Of a stretch of DNA of 64,000 nucleotides, positions 37,951 to 46,865 are shown piece by piece. Below the pieces are notes generated by a model. That model saw only the letters and a program-made list of their open reading frames with translations, made no database searches and was not told the DNA's origin. The stretch's first letter is position 1. Each line of letters begins with the position of its first letter. Source of the stretch: Dehalococcoidia bacterium (GTDB lineage: Bacteria; Chloroflexota; Dehalococcoidia; Plut-88900); the NCBI GenBank assembly GCA_965207225.1, contig CBDBLV010000005.1, forward strand, positions 320,001-384,000, written 5' to 3'. The translations under genes were made by a program, and so were the position numbers.

Positions 37951-40173
37951 CTATCGCTGTCCGCCCGGCCTCCACTCGATCACTTCCGTCTCCTCCGGGG
38001 TGGCCTCGATGCGGACGGGGAAGCGGTGTCCCTTCGCCAGCAGGAGGCCATCTCCACGGGGGCATGAGAGCAGCCACCTCTGGAGGTCTTCGGGCAGGTC
38101 GAAGGCGTCACCCACGGTGCCTATGGCCGCCGCGTCCTGCTGCAAGAGCAGCTTGAAGGCGGCGTTCTGGAGAAGCGCCCTCCCCGAATGGCCGGTGATG
38201 GTTCTCGACGAGTCCTCGGACAAAAGGTCCTGGACGTCCTGGGTGATGAACTGAAGCCCCAGCCGGTGTTTCCTGGCGCGTTTCGCCATAGACACCATGA
38301 AGGCCGCGCCCTCGGGGTGCTGCATGATGCTCCATACCTCGTCCACCACCAGCAGCCTCGGCTTGGGGTTCTGGGCGGCCGCCGCCCACACCGTCTCGGT
38401 GCAGACCATCGCCGCTGCGGGACGGAGCTCCGGCTCCAGCAGCCGCAGGTCGAAGACGGTCACCAACGCCTCGTTGCCGAGCAGGTCGTCCCCCTCGTCG
38501 GAGAGGAGGTTGCGCAGGCTGCCGGTGGCGAAGGGCCGAAGTAGGTGCGCTATGTCAGGGGCTTCACCTTCCAGATACTTGTAGAAGTCTCGGAAGCCGG
38601 TGCGCTCCCGGCTGTGGGCGTAGTAGCCCGCCAGGGCGTGGTCGAGGGACGCCCTTCGCTCCGCGCCGAGGCTCTCTCCCACCATCACCTCGATGAGCCG
38701 CCTGAGGCTGCCGATGCGCTGTAACAGCTCCTCGTCGTCTCCCCGGTCGATGACGAAGGGGTTCATGCCCTGGCCCTCAACTCCGGGGGACAGCACACGG
38801 CCTCCGGCGGCGCGAGCCATGTCCGCGTACTCCCCTTCAGGGTCGATGACGTAGGCGGTGACGCCGCGCGTCAATCCCCTGAGCACGCCCAGCTTGGTTG
38901 CGAAAGACTTGCCGCTGCCCGACCGTGCGAGGACTGCCGTGTTGGCGTTGAGATGGGTGCCGTCCCAGGGGTCGTAGACCACGGGGGAGCAGGCCCGCAT
39001 GTCGATGCCGTAGAGGGTGCCGCTTCTTGTGTCCAGGTCCGGCGGCGAGAAGGGGAAGAGCCTCGCAAGGCTGGACGTGTCCAGGGTCCTCCACTCGGCC
39101 ACGGCGTTCAGGGCCAGGGGCAATGTCGATAGCAGCCCCTCCCGCTGCCTGAACGCCAGGTTGTCCAGCTTGCCGAGAGTGGCGGCAAAATGGGCCTTGG
39201 CCCTCTGGGTCATCTCCTTCAGCGACGCCTCGTCCTTCGCGTGGAGGGTCACGGATAAAGAGGAGTGAAATAGGCGCTCCCTGCCCCTCTGCACCTCGTT
39301 CCTGAGCCTGGTCACGTCCTCCAGGGCGATCTCGGCCTCGGGCGACATGGTTCGCCCCCGCTTGAAGGAGAGTGATTGCGCCGACTCGAATCTGACCTTC
39401 TGCCATTCGAGGGTGCGGGCCGCCTGCTCGGCGGGGATCGGCCCCAGATGAATGGACAGGTCCATGGGCGCTCCCGCCGCCATGAGTCCTTGCAGGAACC
39501 CCGGGGCCAGCGATCTCGGCCACTTGCCCAGGTGAAGGGAGCGGATGAGATGCGTGCCAATGCGCATGTCGCGCCGGTTGACCTGCACCTCGATCTCTTC
39601 GTTCTCGTCCACGTCAACAGGCGAGCCACCCAGGGCTGCGGCTACAAGGAACATTCGAAGCTGCCTGCCCCTGAGGGGGTGGACGGAGAGTCCGGCCCTC
39701 GCCAGCAGACCCCGCAGCTCGTCGATGCGGGCGTGCCCGCAGACGGCGTAGAAGCGCCGGTCCAGGATGCCGTCCCGGGCCTCCAGGTCGGTCAGCAGCC
39801 GGTTCAGCGAGTCGGCGGCGGCTCTCGTCTGCGGCGGCAGGTCGTCGGGTTGGGCCGCTTGCAGCTTCTCCCGCAGACCGCCAAGGCGCGGCGGGTGCTG
39901 GCGCATGAGCAGCTGCACCGGGAAGTCGAGGGCGTTGAGCGCCCCGGCGAAGGCCCCCAGCTTCGGCTCGTCGATCTCAAGCCCCATCACCTCGCACACT
40001 CCCACCTTCACCCCGTCCAGCCGCACGGGGCCGTCCTCCTCCAGGTGCGACAGCATGAAGAAGAAGGGCAGACCGGGCGGCGGCTTCGGAACCGGAGCGG
40101 TCCCTTCGGGCGGCGCGGCGTCCGCCGTCCGCTCCGTGTTTCGTCTCTTGATTCGTTCAAGCAGCTCTTTCAA
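37951..40173 (-). CDS. VirB4-like conjugative ATPase
   Basis: ARSGSGKS, IDPEGEY, VVDEVW, KRARK, ITQDV-x-D; TTG start after AAGGAG. Confidence 0.9.
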   Translation of the reverse strand: MKELLERIKRRNTERTADAAPPEGTAPVPKPPPGLPFFFMLSHLEEDGPVRLDGVKVGVCEVMGLEIDEPKLGAFAGALNALDFPVQLLMRQHPPRLGGLREKLQAAQPDDLPPQTRAAADSLNRLLTDLEARDGILDRRFYAVCGHARIDELRGLLARAGLSVHPLRGRQLRMFLVAAALGGSPVDVDENEEIEVQVNRRDMRIGTHLIRSLHLGKWPRSLAPGFLQGLMAAGAPMDLSIHLGPIPAEQAARTLEWQKVRFESAQSLSFKRGRTMSPEAEIALEDVTRLRNEVQRGRERLFHSSLSVTLHAKDEASLKEMTQRAKAHFAATLGKLDNLAFRQREGLLSTLPLALNAVAEWRTLDTSSLARLFPFSPPDLDTRSGTLYGIDMRACSPVVYDPWDGTHLNANTAVLARSGSGKSFATKLGVLRGLTRGVTAYVIDPEGEYADMARAAGGRVLSPGVEGQGMNPFVIDRGDDEELLQRIGSLRRLIEVMVGESLGAERRASLDHALAGYYAHSRERTGFRDFYKYLEGEAPDIAHLLRPFATGSLRNLLSDEGDDLLGNEALVTVFDLRLLEPELRPAAAMVCTETVWAAAAQNPKPRLLVVDEVWSIMQHPEGAAFMVSMAKRARKHRLGLQFITQDVQDLLSEDSSRTITGHSGRALLQNAAFKLLLQQDAAAIGTVGDAFDLPEDLQRWLLSCPRGDGLLLAKGHRFPVRIEATPEETEVIEWRPGGQR

Positions 40174-40192
40174 CTCGGTTGTCTCCTTCGTG

Positions 40193-40429
40193 CTAGGGGG
40201 TGGGGAACGGGCCGATGCCGCTGCGCAGCAGTGCGGCGACGGCCTTGGCCAGCAGCACCAGCACAAGGCCCACGGCTGCCATGACCACGGCGGTCCTGGC
40301 CCTGCCGCCGCCACGCTCCTCCGCGCCCTCGGCCATCAGGACGAAGCCCGCCCAGACGACGGCGAAGACGGCGAGTCCGGCGGCGGCGTAGGCCATTGCG
40401 GTCAGCACCGCGTCGAAGGCGGCCAGCAT
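40193..40429 (-). CDS. Pilin-like (VirB2/TrbC-type) two-TM protein
   Basis: Two hydrophobic helices around G...RAR; lies in the T4SS operon. Confidence 0.6.
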   Translation of the reverse strand: MLAAFDAVLTAMAYAAAGLAVFAVVWAGFVLMAEGAEERGGGRARTAVVMAAVGLVLVLLAKAVAALLRSGIGPFPTP

Positions 40430-40506
40430 CGCTTCCTTCTCCGCCGGGGCCGCGCCGACGGTCGCCAGCGCAGCCCAGGCAAGGAGGATTGCCGTCCATG
40501 CCCGTC

Positions 40507-42186
40507 TCACCAGGGCCACTCCCATCCCAACCGGCGGAACCAGTCGGTCAGGTCGCCGCCGGGCGTCTGCTCGGCGGGCGGGTCTTCGGGCTCAGGCTGA
40601 GGCAGTGCCAGCAGGGCAAAGGCGTCGTCGGAACCGATTTCCGAGGCCAGCGATAGCGACTCTTCCCTTGTCCTGGTGAGGGGTTCTCGGTCGGTCGTCT
40701 CAGCCTTGACGTGCTCGGGATGGACGATGGTGAGGGTCACGTCCCTCTGCACCGTCTCGCCGGGCACCGACAGGGTGGCGGAGACGGTGTGCTCCGTGGT
40801 AGTTCCGTCATCGTTGGTGACGGTGACCGTTTCGCTGACGGTTTGGGTCGTCCCCGGCCTCCACAGACTCACCGTCTCGGTGCGCTTCTCCGTCCGCTCC
40901 GGGTGGTGGGTGAGCGTCGTCAGCGGAGGGATGGGGATGCGGAGGGTAGCCTCAAGACTCACGTCCAGGCTCACGGCGTGAATCGCCTCGCCGGTGGGCG
41001 CGGCGAGCCGGAAGCTCGTCTCCCCGTCGGGGACGAATGCGACGCTCGCGGTCGATGCTCCCGTCGTGGCAACGACCGTTCCCGTGATGGCAGTCACCCC
41101 GGCGTCCATGAGCGCCGTCTCGGTGACGCTCTCGTGTCCGGCCACCGTCTGAAGCTCGACCGGGTGCTCGACGGCGTCAACGCAGTCGGACTCGACGACG
41201 CCGGTGACGATCCCCGGCGTCCAGCCGAAGGAGATCACGTTCAGGTTGCACAGCTCGCCCTCGACTTCGGGGAGCGGGTACGGTATCCGGTCATGCTCCC
41301 AGGTGAGCGCTCCCGCCTGTCCCAGCGCGTCCTCCCAGGAAACGGCAAAGGAGGGCATTGGTCCGTTGAGGGGCAGCGAATAGTCGATGCTCTCTCCCTC
41401 TGTCAGCGTCGCCGAGCCCCAGAAGCGCAGGGTCGTGCCCTGGCCGCCGCCGAAGGCTCTCACCCGGATGTCCAGGTCGGTGGCCGCTCTCAGGGTCACT
41501 GCGGCCCGGTCGCCGGAGACGGTAAGCGCCTCGACGAATATCCGCCGTCCCTCCACCGGCTCCGTGACCTCGAAGTCGATCTCGTCCCGCCAGGGCTCGT
41601 GGCCGTCGGCAAGGACCGACTGGGGGACGGTCGCGGCCATCGCCACTGCGACGACCGCCATGACCGCTATCCAGCCCTTCGGTCCGTGGCCCTGGCTGTC
41701 GCGGCCCGCCTTGCGGGAACGGCGCTTGCCGAACCAGCAGTGGGGTCGGAATGGCTTTCTTTCACCGTTGCGCTTCTGCTTCCTGCGGCGGCGCAGCCTC
41801 TTGAGGGTCTTTCCGGCCCGCCTCGCCATCAGCCGCAGGGGGCCGGGGCCGCCCTTCACCGGCTGCAACGTGACCGGCGGCTCAGGACGCACCAGTTGGG
41901 ACACAGGCCCGGCGTAGACCCTGGCTCCCAGCCGGTACTTGAGCAGGTCGGCGGCCACCAGCGGCAGCCGCCGACCTCCTATCTTTCCCACCACTACTGC
42001 GATGCCCATCAGCCCGAACAGGACGGCGAATCCCATCCGCACCTCGTTCGGCCCAACGGGGGCGTAGCGGTATGCGCCGTAGGACAGGGCGCACACCGCC
42101 ACCACCGCCACGATCTGCGGGAAGGTGAACCACAGCAGCACCCTGTCCTCGGCCTGCACGTGGGTCGGTACCTCGTGTTCTCTCAT
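40507..42186 (-). CDS. PrgI-like membrane protein fused to a large beta-rich domain
   Basis: VP-x-x-VQ-x-EDR...T-x-x-Q plus 2 TMs upstream of VirB4; Thr/Val-rich C-terminal region. Confidence 0.6.
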   Translation of the reverse strand: MREHEVPTHVQAEDRVLLWFTFPQIVAVVAVCALSYGAYRYAPVGPNEVRMGFAVLFGLMGIAVVVGKIGGRRLPLVAADLLKYRLGARVYAGPVSQLVRPEPPVTLQPVKGGPGPLRLMARRAGKTLKRLRRRRKQKRNGERKPFRPHCWFGKRRSRKAGRDSQGHGPKGWIAVMAVVAVAMAATVPQSVLADGHEPWRDEIDFEVTEPVEGRRIFVEALTVSGDRAAVTLRAATDLDIRVRAFGGGQGTTLRFWGSATLTEGESIDYSLPLNGPMPSFAVSWEDALGQAGALTWEHDRIPYPLPEVEGELCNLNVISFGWTPGIVTGVVESDCVDAVEHPVELQTVAGHESVTETALMDAGVTAITGTVVATTGASTASVAFVPDGETSFRLAAPTGEAIHAVSLDVSLEATLRIPIPPLTTLTHHPERTEKRTETVSLWRPGTTQTVSETVTVTNDDGTTTEHTVSATLSVPGETVQRDVTLTIVHPEHVKAETTDREPLTRTREESLSLASEIGSDDAFALLALPQPEPEDPPAEQTPGGDLTDWFRRLGWEWPW

Positions 42187-42204
42187 TGCTTTCTCTCCCT
42201 TCAC

Positions 42205-42489
42205 CTATTCCTCGGGGGTGGGTGTGGCTGGGTTGGGCACGTCGATCTCCACGGGGTTGCCCACCACCGCGTTCATCACCAGCTCGACGACCCCGTAGGC
42301 CACCATCGCCAGGACGATGCCCGCCAGGGCGGTCATCATGGCGCTCTTGCCCCGCTCCATCTGGTGGGGCGCTCCCGATGCCGTCAGGTACAGGTAGGCC
42401 CCGTAGATGAAGAAGCCCACGCCCACGACTCCCACGATCCCCAGCAAAATGCCCACCAGGTTCGATATGGTCTGTGTCAGGTCTTCCAT
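42205..42489 (-). CDS. Pilin (VirB2/TrbC family)
   Basis: IYGAYLYLTASG-x-P-x-Q-x-x-RGK-x-x-x-x-x-ALAG. Confidence 0.8.
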   Translation of the reverse strand: MEDLTQTISNLVGILLGIVGVVGVGFFIYGAYLYLTASGAPHQMERGKSAMMTALAGIVLAMVAYGVVELVMNAVVGNPVEIDVPNPATPTPEE

Positions 42490-42645
42490 CTGTTTTCGCT
42501 CCTCTCGTTCTTCGAGCCTTTCGCTCGTCTCTATCGGTCTCGTTCTCGTTGTCCTTCTAGCTGCACATCTCTCCCCCTCCGTCGTCGCGTTGGTCGGCGC
42601 ACTCTTTGCCGCGCCTTGGTGATTTCGTTGTCCTTGTTGTTGAGG

Positions 42646-43626
42646 TCACTCGTTGGCGCTCCTAGGAGCCTCGCCGCCCGCGTCTCCACCGCCCGACGGG
42701 GTCGCCATCGAAGCCGCCGAGCTGAGGCCGCCAGCCGCAGCCGACAGCCCCGCGCTGGCCGCAACCGCTCCGACCGCAACGCCTCCAGGCCCGCCCGCCG
42801 CTCCCCCAGCCATCAGCCCGATGGTCCGGGCCGACCGCACCATCGACGCGGGCAGGTTCATGCCGAAATAGAGCATCGACAGCCAGCTATCGAAGGTGCC
42901 GGCGTTGCCAAGCAATGACGGCACCCTGGTCGCCATGTAGACGAAGGCCAGACTCATCAAGAGCTTCCAGACCAGGTCCTGCACCGGCTCGAAGGCCGCT
43001 ATCTGCGCCACCTCGTTCAGGAACCCGAACCCCAACGCCAACGCGATGAGCTGGATCGCCTGCTGGAAGGTGGTCGTCATGAAGAGCCTGAGCCAGTGCC
43101 TTCCCCATCCCGCCGTGTGCGGCAGAATCCACAGACCCAGGGCTATAGGAGCCAGGGCGAGAAGAATGTCGATCAACGCAAGGCGTAGGATCATCTGCAC
43201 GATGACGTAGAGGACGAAGAAGCCGTAGACCAGGTAGAGAAGGGCCAGCAGCAACGCCATGCCCACGCTCCCCGCCTGAACTGCGGTGAGCAGAGTCTTG
43301 AGGGTGGAGCGGAGCATGTCCCCGGCGGTGACGTTCAGAGATACCGCGACGAAGCCGGACACGGCGTCGGCAACGTCGATGACCAGCGCGCACCACCACA
43401 GGGAGGACGCGGCGGCCACAAGCCCCAGCACCAGACGGGGGACCATCTCCCGCCATCCGGCCTGACGGCTGCCAAGGTGCTCGCTGACGATGAACGTGAG
43501 GCCCATCCAGCCCAGGATCACAATGAGCGCGCCCGACGTGACGGCCCAGACGACCATCCACGCCTGCTGGACAAGGTCGTGGGCGTAGGTGAGGTCGGGA
43601 GGAGTCCCGGTGAGGATGTCGCTCAT
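42646..43626 (-). CDS. VirB6/TrbL-like polytopic membrane protein
   Basis: Multiple TMs, LAP-x-AL-x-x-WILP-x-T, Gly/Ala-rich tail. Confidence 0.75.
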   Translation of the reverse strand: MSDILTGTPPDLTYAHDLVQQAWMVVWAVTSGALIVILGWMGLTFIVSEHLGSRQAGWREMVPRLVLGLVAAASSLWWCALVIDVADAVSGFVAVSLNVTAGDMLRSTLKTLLTAVQAGSVGMALLLALLYLVYGFFVLYVIVQMILRLALIDILLALAPIALGLWILPHTAGWGRHWLRLFMTTTFQQAIQLIALALGFGFLNEVAQIAAFEPVQDLVWKLLMSLAFVYMATRVPSLLGNAGTFDSWLSMLYFGMNLPASMVRSARTIGLMAGGAAGGPGGVAVGAVAASAGLSAAAGGLSSAASMATPSGGGDAGGEAPRSANE

Positions 43627-43629
43627 GAG

Positions 43630-44244
43630 CTAACTCCCCTCACAGTTGTCGGCGTCCTCCCCCGAGGCCCGCTCAACGACACCGCACAGCGTCCCGTGGA
43701 CTCCCTCGATCACCCAGCCGGCTGCGGCCCTGGCCCAACGGGAGGGGTTGAGGGCGCTCAGAATCTTGTCCCAGATGCGTCCCGGCTCGTGGATGGGGAC
43801 GACGGCATAGAAGTCGCCCCGGTTGCCGTCCTCCGCCACCGCCAGCATGACCAGCAGGTAGGCGCGGTCCGGGTCGAGGTCGGGCTGCTCGTCCAGCTTG
43901 GGATACTCCCAGGAGTACTCCCAGCCGTCGGAGTGCTTCTTCTCGCCGCCCCGGACCCGGTACATGGCGGATATCCAGTCGCCGGTGTCGGCGTCTCTGA
44001 CGGCGTAGAAGAGGTCTTGGAGCTTGCGGTCGAAGAGGGGCCGTGCGACGAACTCGCCGCCCTTCTTGCGCTCGACGAATTCTCTGTCGGTGTTGACCAG
44101 GGTGATGTCGCCAGCGGGCGGCGATTGGGCCAGGGCGAGGTTGCTGGTGGGGACGGCCACAAGCGCCGCCAGCAGCAGCGCAATCGCCGTCGGAATGAGC
44201 CGCCCTGCCGGCCGGAGCTTCGATTTCTGCGCCAAGACGTTCAC
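43630..44244 (-). CDS. Secreted hypothetical protein, first gene of the T4SS operon
   Basis: Signal peptide ending ALA-Q; GAGG RBS before GTG. Confidence 0.65.
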   Translation of the reverse strand: MNVLAQKSKLRPAGRLIPTAIALLLAALVAVPTSNLALAQSPPAGDITLVNTDREFVERKKGGEFVARPLFDRKLQDLFYAVRDADTGDWISAMYRVRGGEKKHSDGWEYSWEYPKLDEQPDLDPDRAYLLVMLAVAEDGNRGDFYAVVPIHEPGRIWDKILSALNPSRWARAAAGWVIEGVHGTLCGVVERASGEDADNCEGS

Positions 44245-44524
44245 CTCTCTGCGGTTTCGTGCGGCCTATCGGTTTGGGCCGCCGCAGGAGAGTGTGAACA
44301 AATCAAACGCCGAAAAAGACCCCACGCATGGTGGCACCATCCATGCCCTCTTATCTGAGGCCCGTTTCGTGCAGTATTGGGGGTGTACAGGAAATGGACT
44401 TTTGTGACTGAGTGGTCAAAGTCGTGATTTCGTAGCTAAATCAGGGGCAAAACCCCCTCTACAGGAGGTGAACGGTGAGCAATCTGATGAAAGGGCGGAG
44501 TCCGGTCTCCAATGACAAAAAGAG

Positions 44525-44617
44525 GCTTGAGGTGGGGGTGCATGACGCGGCCAAAATCGACGGCCCGATGACAAAAACGGCCGAAAAGTCCGCTTGAGGT
44601 GGGGGTGCGTTACGCGG
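44525..44617. repeat. 17-bp direct repeat x2 in the divergent intergenic region
   Basis: GCTTGAGGTGGGGGTGC at 44525-44541 and 44592-44608, each followed by N3-ACGCGG and preceded by ATGACAAAAA. Confidence 0.75.
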
Positions 44618-44693
44618 GGCGAGAGATCGGGCGAATCACGGACTTGGTGGAATTCATAGCTGGAACGAGTTTTCGGAGAAGGAGGAAATTGCC

Positions 44694-45551
44694 ATGAAGA
44701 CGACCGAACACGGCATCGAGGACAGCAGAGACGTGGAGAACATGTACCACATGAGGCTCATGACGTTGCTGCAAGAGCTGGTGCGGGAGCGGGGATACAA
44801 GGGCGCGGCGCGGGTGTTGGAGATCGACCAGCGCACGGTGGCCGAGAGCGCCAGGACGGGACGGCTGTCGCGGCGGATGCGGGAGGCCCTGGAGCGGGCC
44901 TTGCAGGAGGGCGTGGGTTCTGCGGCGGCCCGCCAGCGAGAGCGCAACGACGCCTTGGAGGAGCGCCTGGGGGAGTTGGAGAACGCGGTGGAGTCGCTGG
45001 GCAAGGAGGCGCGCAGGCGGCTGTCCAGGGTGGAAGGCGCGGTGGAGGCTCTGGCAAAGGAGGGCACAGTGAGTCCGAAGACGACCGGGGCCGGTCACGC
45101 CGGCGCCGGTCCCTCGGAGCAGAGCGCTGATAAAGGAGAGGATGCAGGGTCAGTGAGCGAAGGAAGTCCTGCGTCAAAGTCCTCGATGCGGCGCGAGTAC
45201 CCCGAGCTGGTGACCCTTGAGCCCGCCGATGACGACGAGGAGGTCTTCGGAGACGCCTGGTCCCTGATCGTCCGGTGGCGGGCGTTGAAGGAGTCTCACC
45301 CCAACGAGGGAAGGGGTTTTGAGTGGCTCGTCGAGCGAGAAAGTCTGCTGGAGGTAGAACTGGCGCTCCTCGAAGAACACGGGATGACGCTCCCCCCGGA
45401 GAAGCAGCCCCTGCACGGCCTCGACCGCAGCGGCCAGGTCAGCTGGCGCAGGAAGGCCCTCTTCGACACGCGGAGAGCGCGGGCCAGGCGCGAGGTCGTG
45501 ACCAAGGTGTGGCGGGCGCTCACTCTGAGGTGGCGGCGGCCCTCGCAGTAG
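44694..45551 (+). CDS. Hypothetical protein (N-terminal HTH-like + coiled coil)
   Basis: AAGGAGG RBS; KGAARVLEIDQRTV; heptad-rich middle. Confidence 0.75.
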   Translation: MKTTEHGIEDSRDVENMYHMRLMTLLQELVRERGYKGAARVLEIDQRTVAESARTGRLSRRMREALERALQEGVGSAAARQRERNDALEERLGELENAVESLGKEARRRLSRVEGAVEALAKEGTVSPKTTGAGHAGAGPSEQSADKGEDAGSVSEGSPASKSSMRREYPELVTLEPADDDEEVFGDAWSLIVRWRALKESHPNEGRGFEWLVERESLLEVELALLEEHGMTLPPEKQPLHGLDRSGQVSWRRKALFDTRRARARREVVTKVWRALTLRWRRPSQ

Positions 45552-45719
45552 CGCCCGGCGTTGCGGATGCGGGAGTGAACTTTGAAGCAATTTTCGGGGT
45601 GGGGGCATGCGTGGGGTCTTTTCGGCGTCGGAGACCTGCGATAATTGCCTCACTGTTTGGCTTTCTCCAAGGTTTCCGACCACAGAAACCTGGGTGCGTG
45701 ATCCCTGTTGCACGGGCTT

Positions 45720-46215
45720 CGCCCAAGAGGGAATGCTGGCAATGCGGAGTTTGACGTTGGTCCTTCGCAACCAGCGCGGGCCGATTCGACGGAGTTGACG
45801 CAAGGGCCTCCGTCCCCGGCTCAGTCCGGCGGTTGAAGTTTGACGTTGGTCCCTCACCCGCAGGGCATAGGTCTGACGGCTGGGGTTGATCGCCGTATCC
45901 GTCGGGCAAAAGGGGACGGGTGCGCGTTCAGCGTATCGCCCCCCGCAAACTGGTCGAAAGCGCGTCTGTCGCTTCGACCGGTTCAGCACGTCTGCGGCAC
46001 AACCGACATGCGGTTGGGTCGCAGCTTCGACACGCGCCGGTCTGCCGTCTCAAGCAGGCTGGCCGCTTCACGTCTCGCAGCTCTTCCCCACTGACCGACT
46101 TCACCTTGGGCGAGCTGCGTCTTCTTTCACCCCGGTCTCCCCTGCGTTCGCATCGCTGGCGGCCCGGGTGCGTCTTCGGAACGGAGTCAACGGCACACAA
46201 CACAGAAGGAGGTAA
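45720..46215 (+). other. Highly structured non-coding region (structured RNA leader or ssDNA element)
   Basis: Consecutive hairpins with G-T pairs favouring the + strand; 16-bp direct repeat. Confidence 0.5.
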
Positions 46216-46220
46216 CGCAC

Positions 46221-46736
46221 ATGGACGAATCAAGGACACAGGACAACGGAGAAGGAGGTACGAGCATGGCGGAACGGTACACCGGACCCAGCGCGGCGCG
46301 GATCGCAGACCTGCTGGCGCATCGCGTCAGCTTCGACAGAGGCTGGTTCTGGACCAGCACGGCGGTGTGCCACGGCGGGAAGTCCGACGGGCTGGCGTTT
46401 CGGCAGCGACCCGACGGCAACGGCATCGACGTACGGTGCCACACACGGGGCTGCGGTCGCGGCGTGATAGTCACCGAGCTTGAGGCCCTCACCGGTCTGC
46501 CGATCTGGACGGCCTACGAGCCGGTCAGGGACGCGGCGGTTGGGGCTGAGGCCAAGAAACCCTGGTGGAAGCGGAAGAAGGTCGTGGTGGCCGGGGTCGT
46601 CGCCCTGGTCGTCGCCGCGCCGCTGCTCACCCTCGACCTGGAGCTGTTCTTCCTGAACCTGTTCGGTCTGGGCATCGGCTGGCTGCTGCTCAGGCGGTTC
46701 ATGCCCCGTCGTTCGGCGCGGAGGTTCCGTCGCTGA
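46221..46736 (+). CDS. Hypothetical protein, Zn-finger-like domain + C-terminal TM helices (alternative start 46266)
   Basis: CH...CH-x-x-x-C; hydrophobic C-terminus; strong RBS. Confidence 0.7.
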   Translation: MDESRTQDNGEGGTSMAERYTGPSAARIADLLAHRVSFDRGWFWTSTAVCHGGKSDGLAFRQRPDGNGIDVRCHTRGCGRGVIVTELEALTGLPIWTAYEPVRDAAVGAEAKKPWWKRKKVVVAGVVALVVAAPLLTLDLELFFLNLFGLGIGWLLLRRFMPRRSARRFRR

Positions 46737-46771
46737 CGGCTTCGGGCTTCTCACAACCCATCACAACACGC

Positions 46772-46808
46772 AGGGGTCGCTCTCTCCGAGGGCGGCCCCT
46801 ACTTCTTT
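46772..46808 (+). terminator. Intrinsic terminator-like hairpin
   Basis: AGGGGTCGCTCTC/GAGGGCGGCCCCT followed by ACTTCTTT. Confidence 0.55.
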
Positions 46809-46865
46809 GCCCGAAAGCGGGCGTAACGGATTCAAGGCAACACACAGGCACGAAGGAGGTGCGAA

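Noticed and set aside
40711-42918. 735-aa plus-strand ORF
   Set aside because: Antisense shadow of the T4SS genes in high-GC DNA; no motifs
44525-45852. Mini-CRISPR from the 17-bp and 16-bp direct repeats
   Set aside because: Only two copies each, too short, and no cas genes
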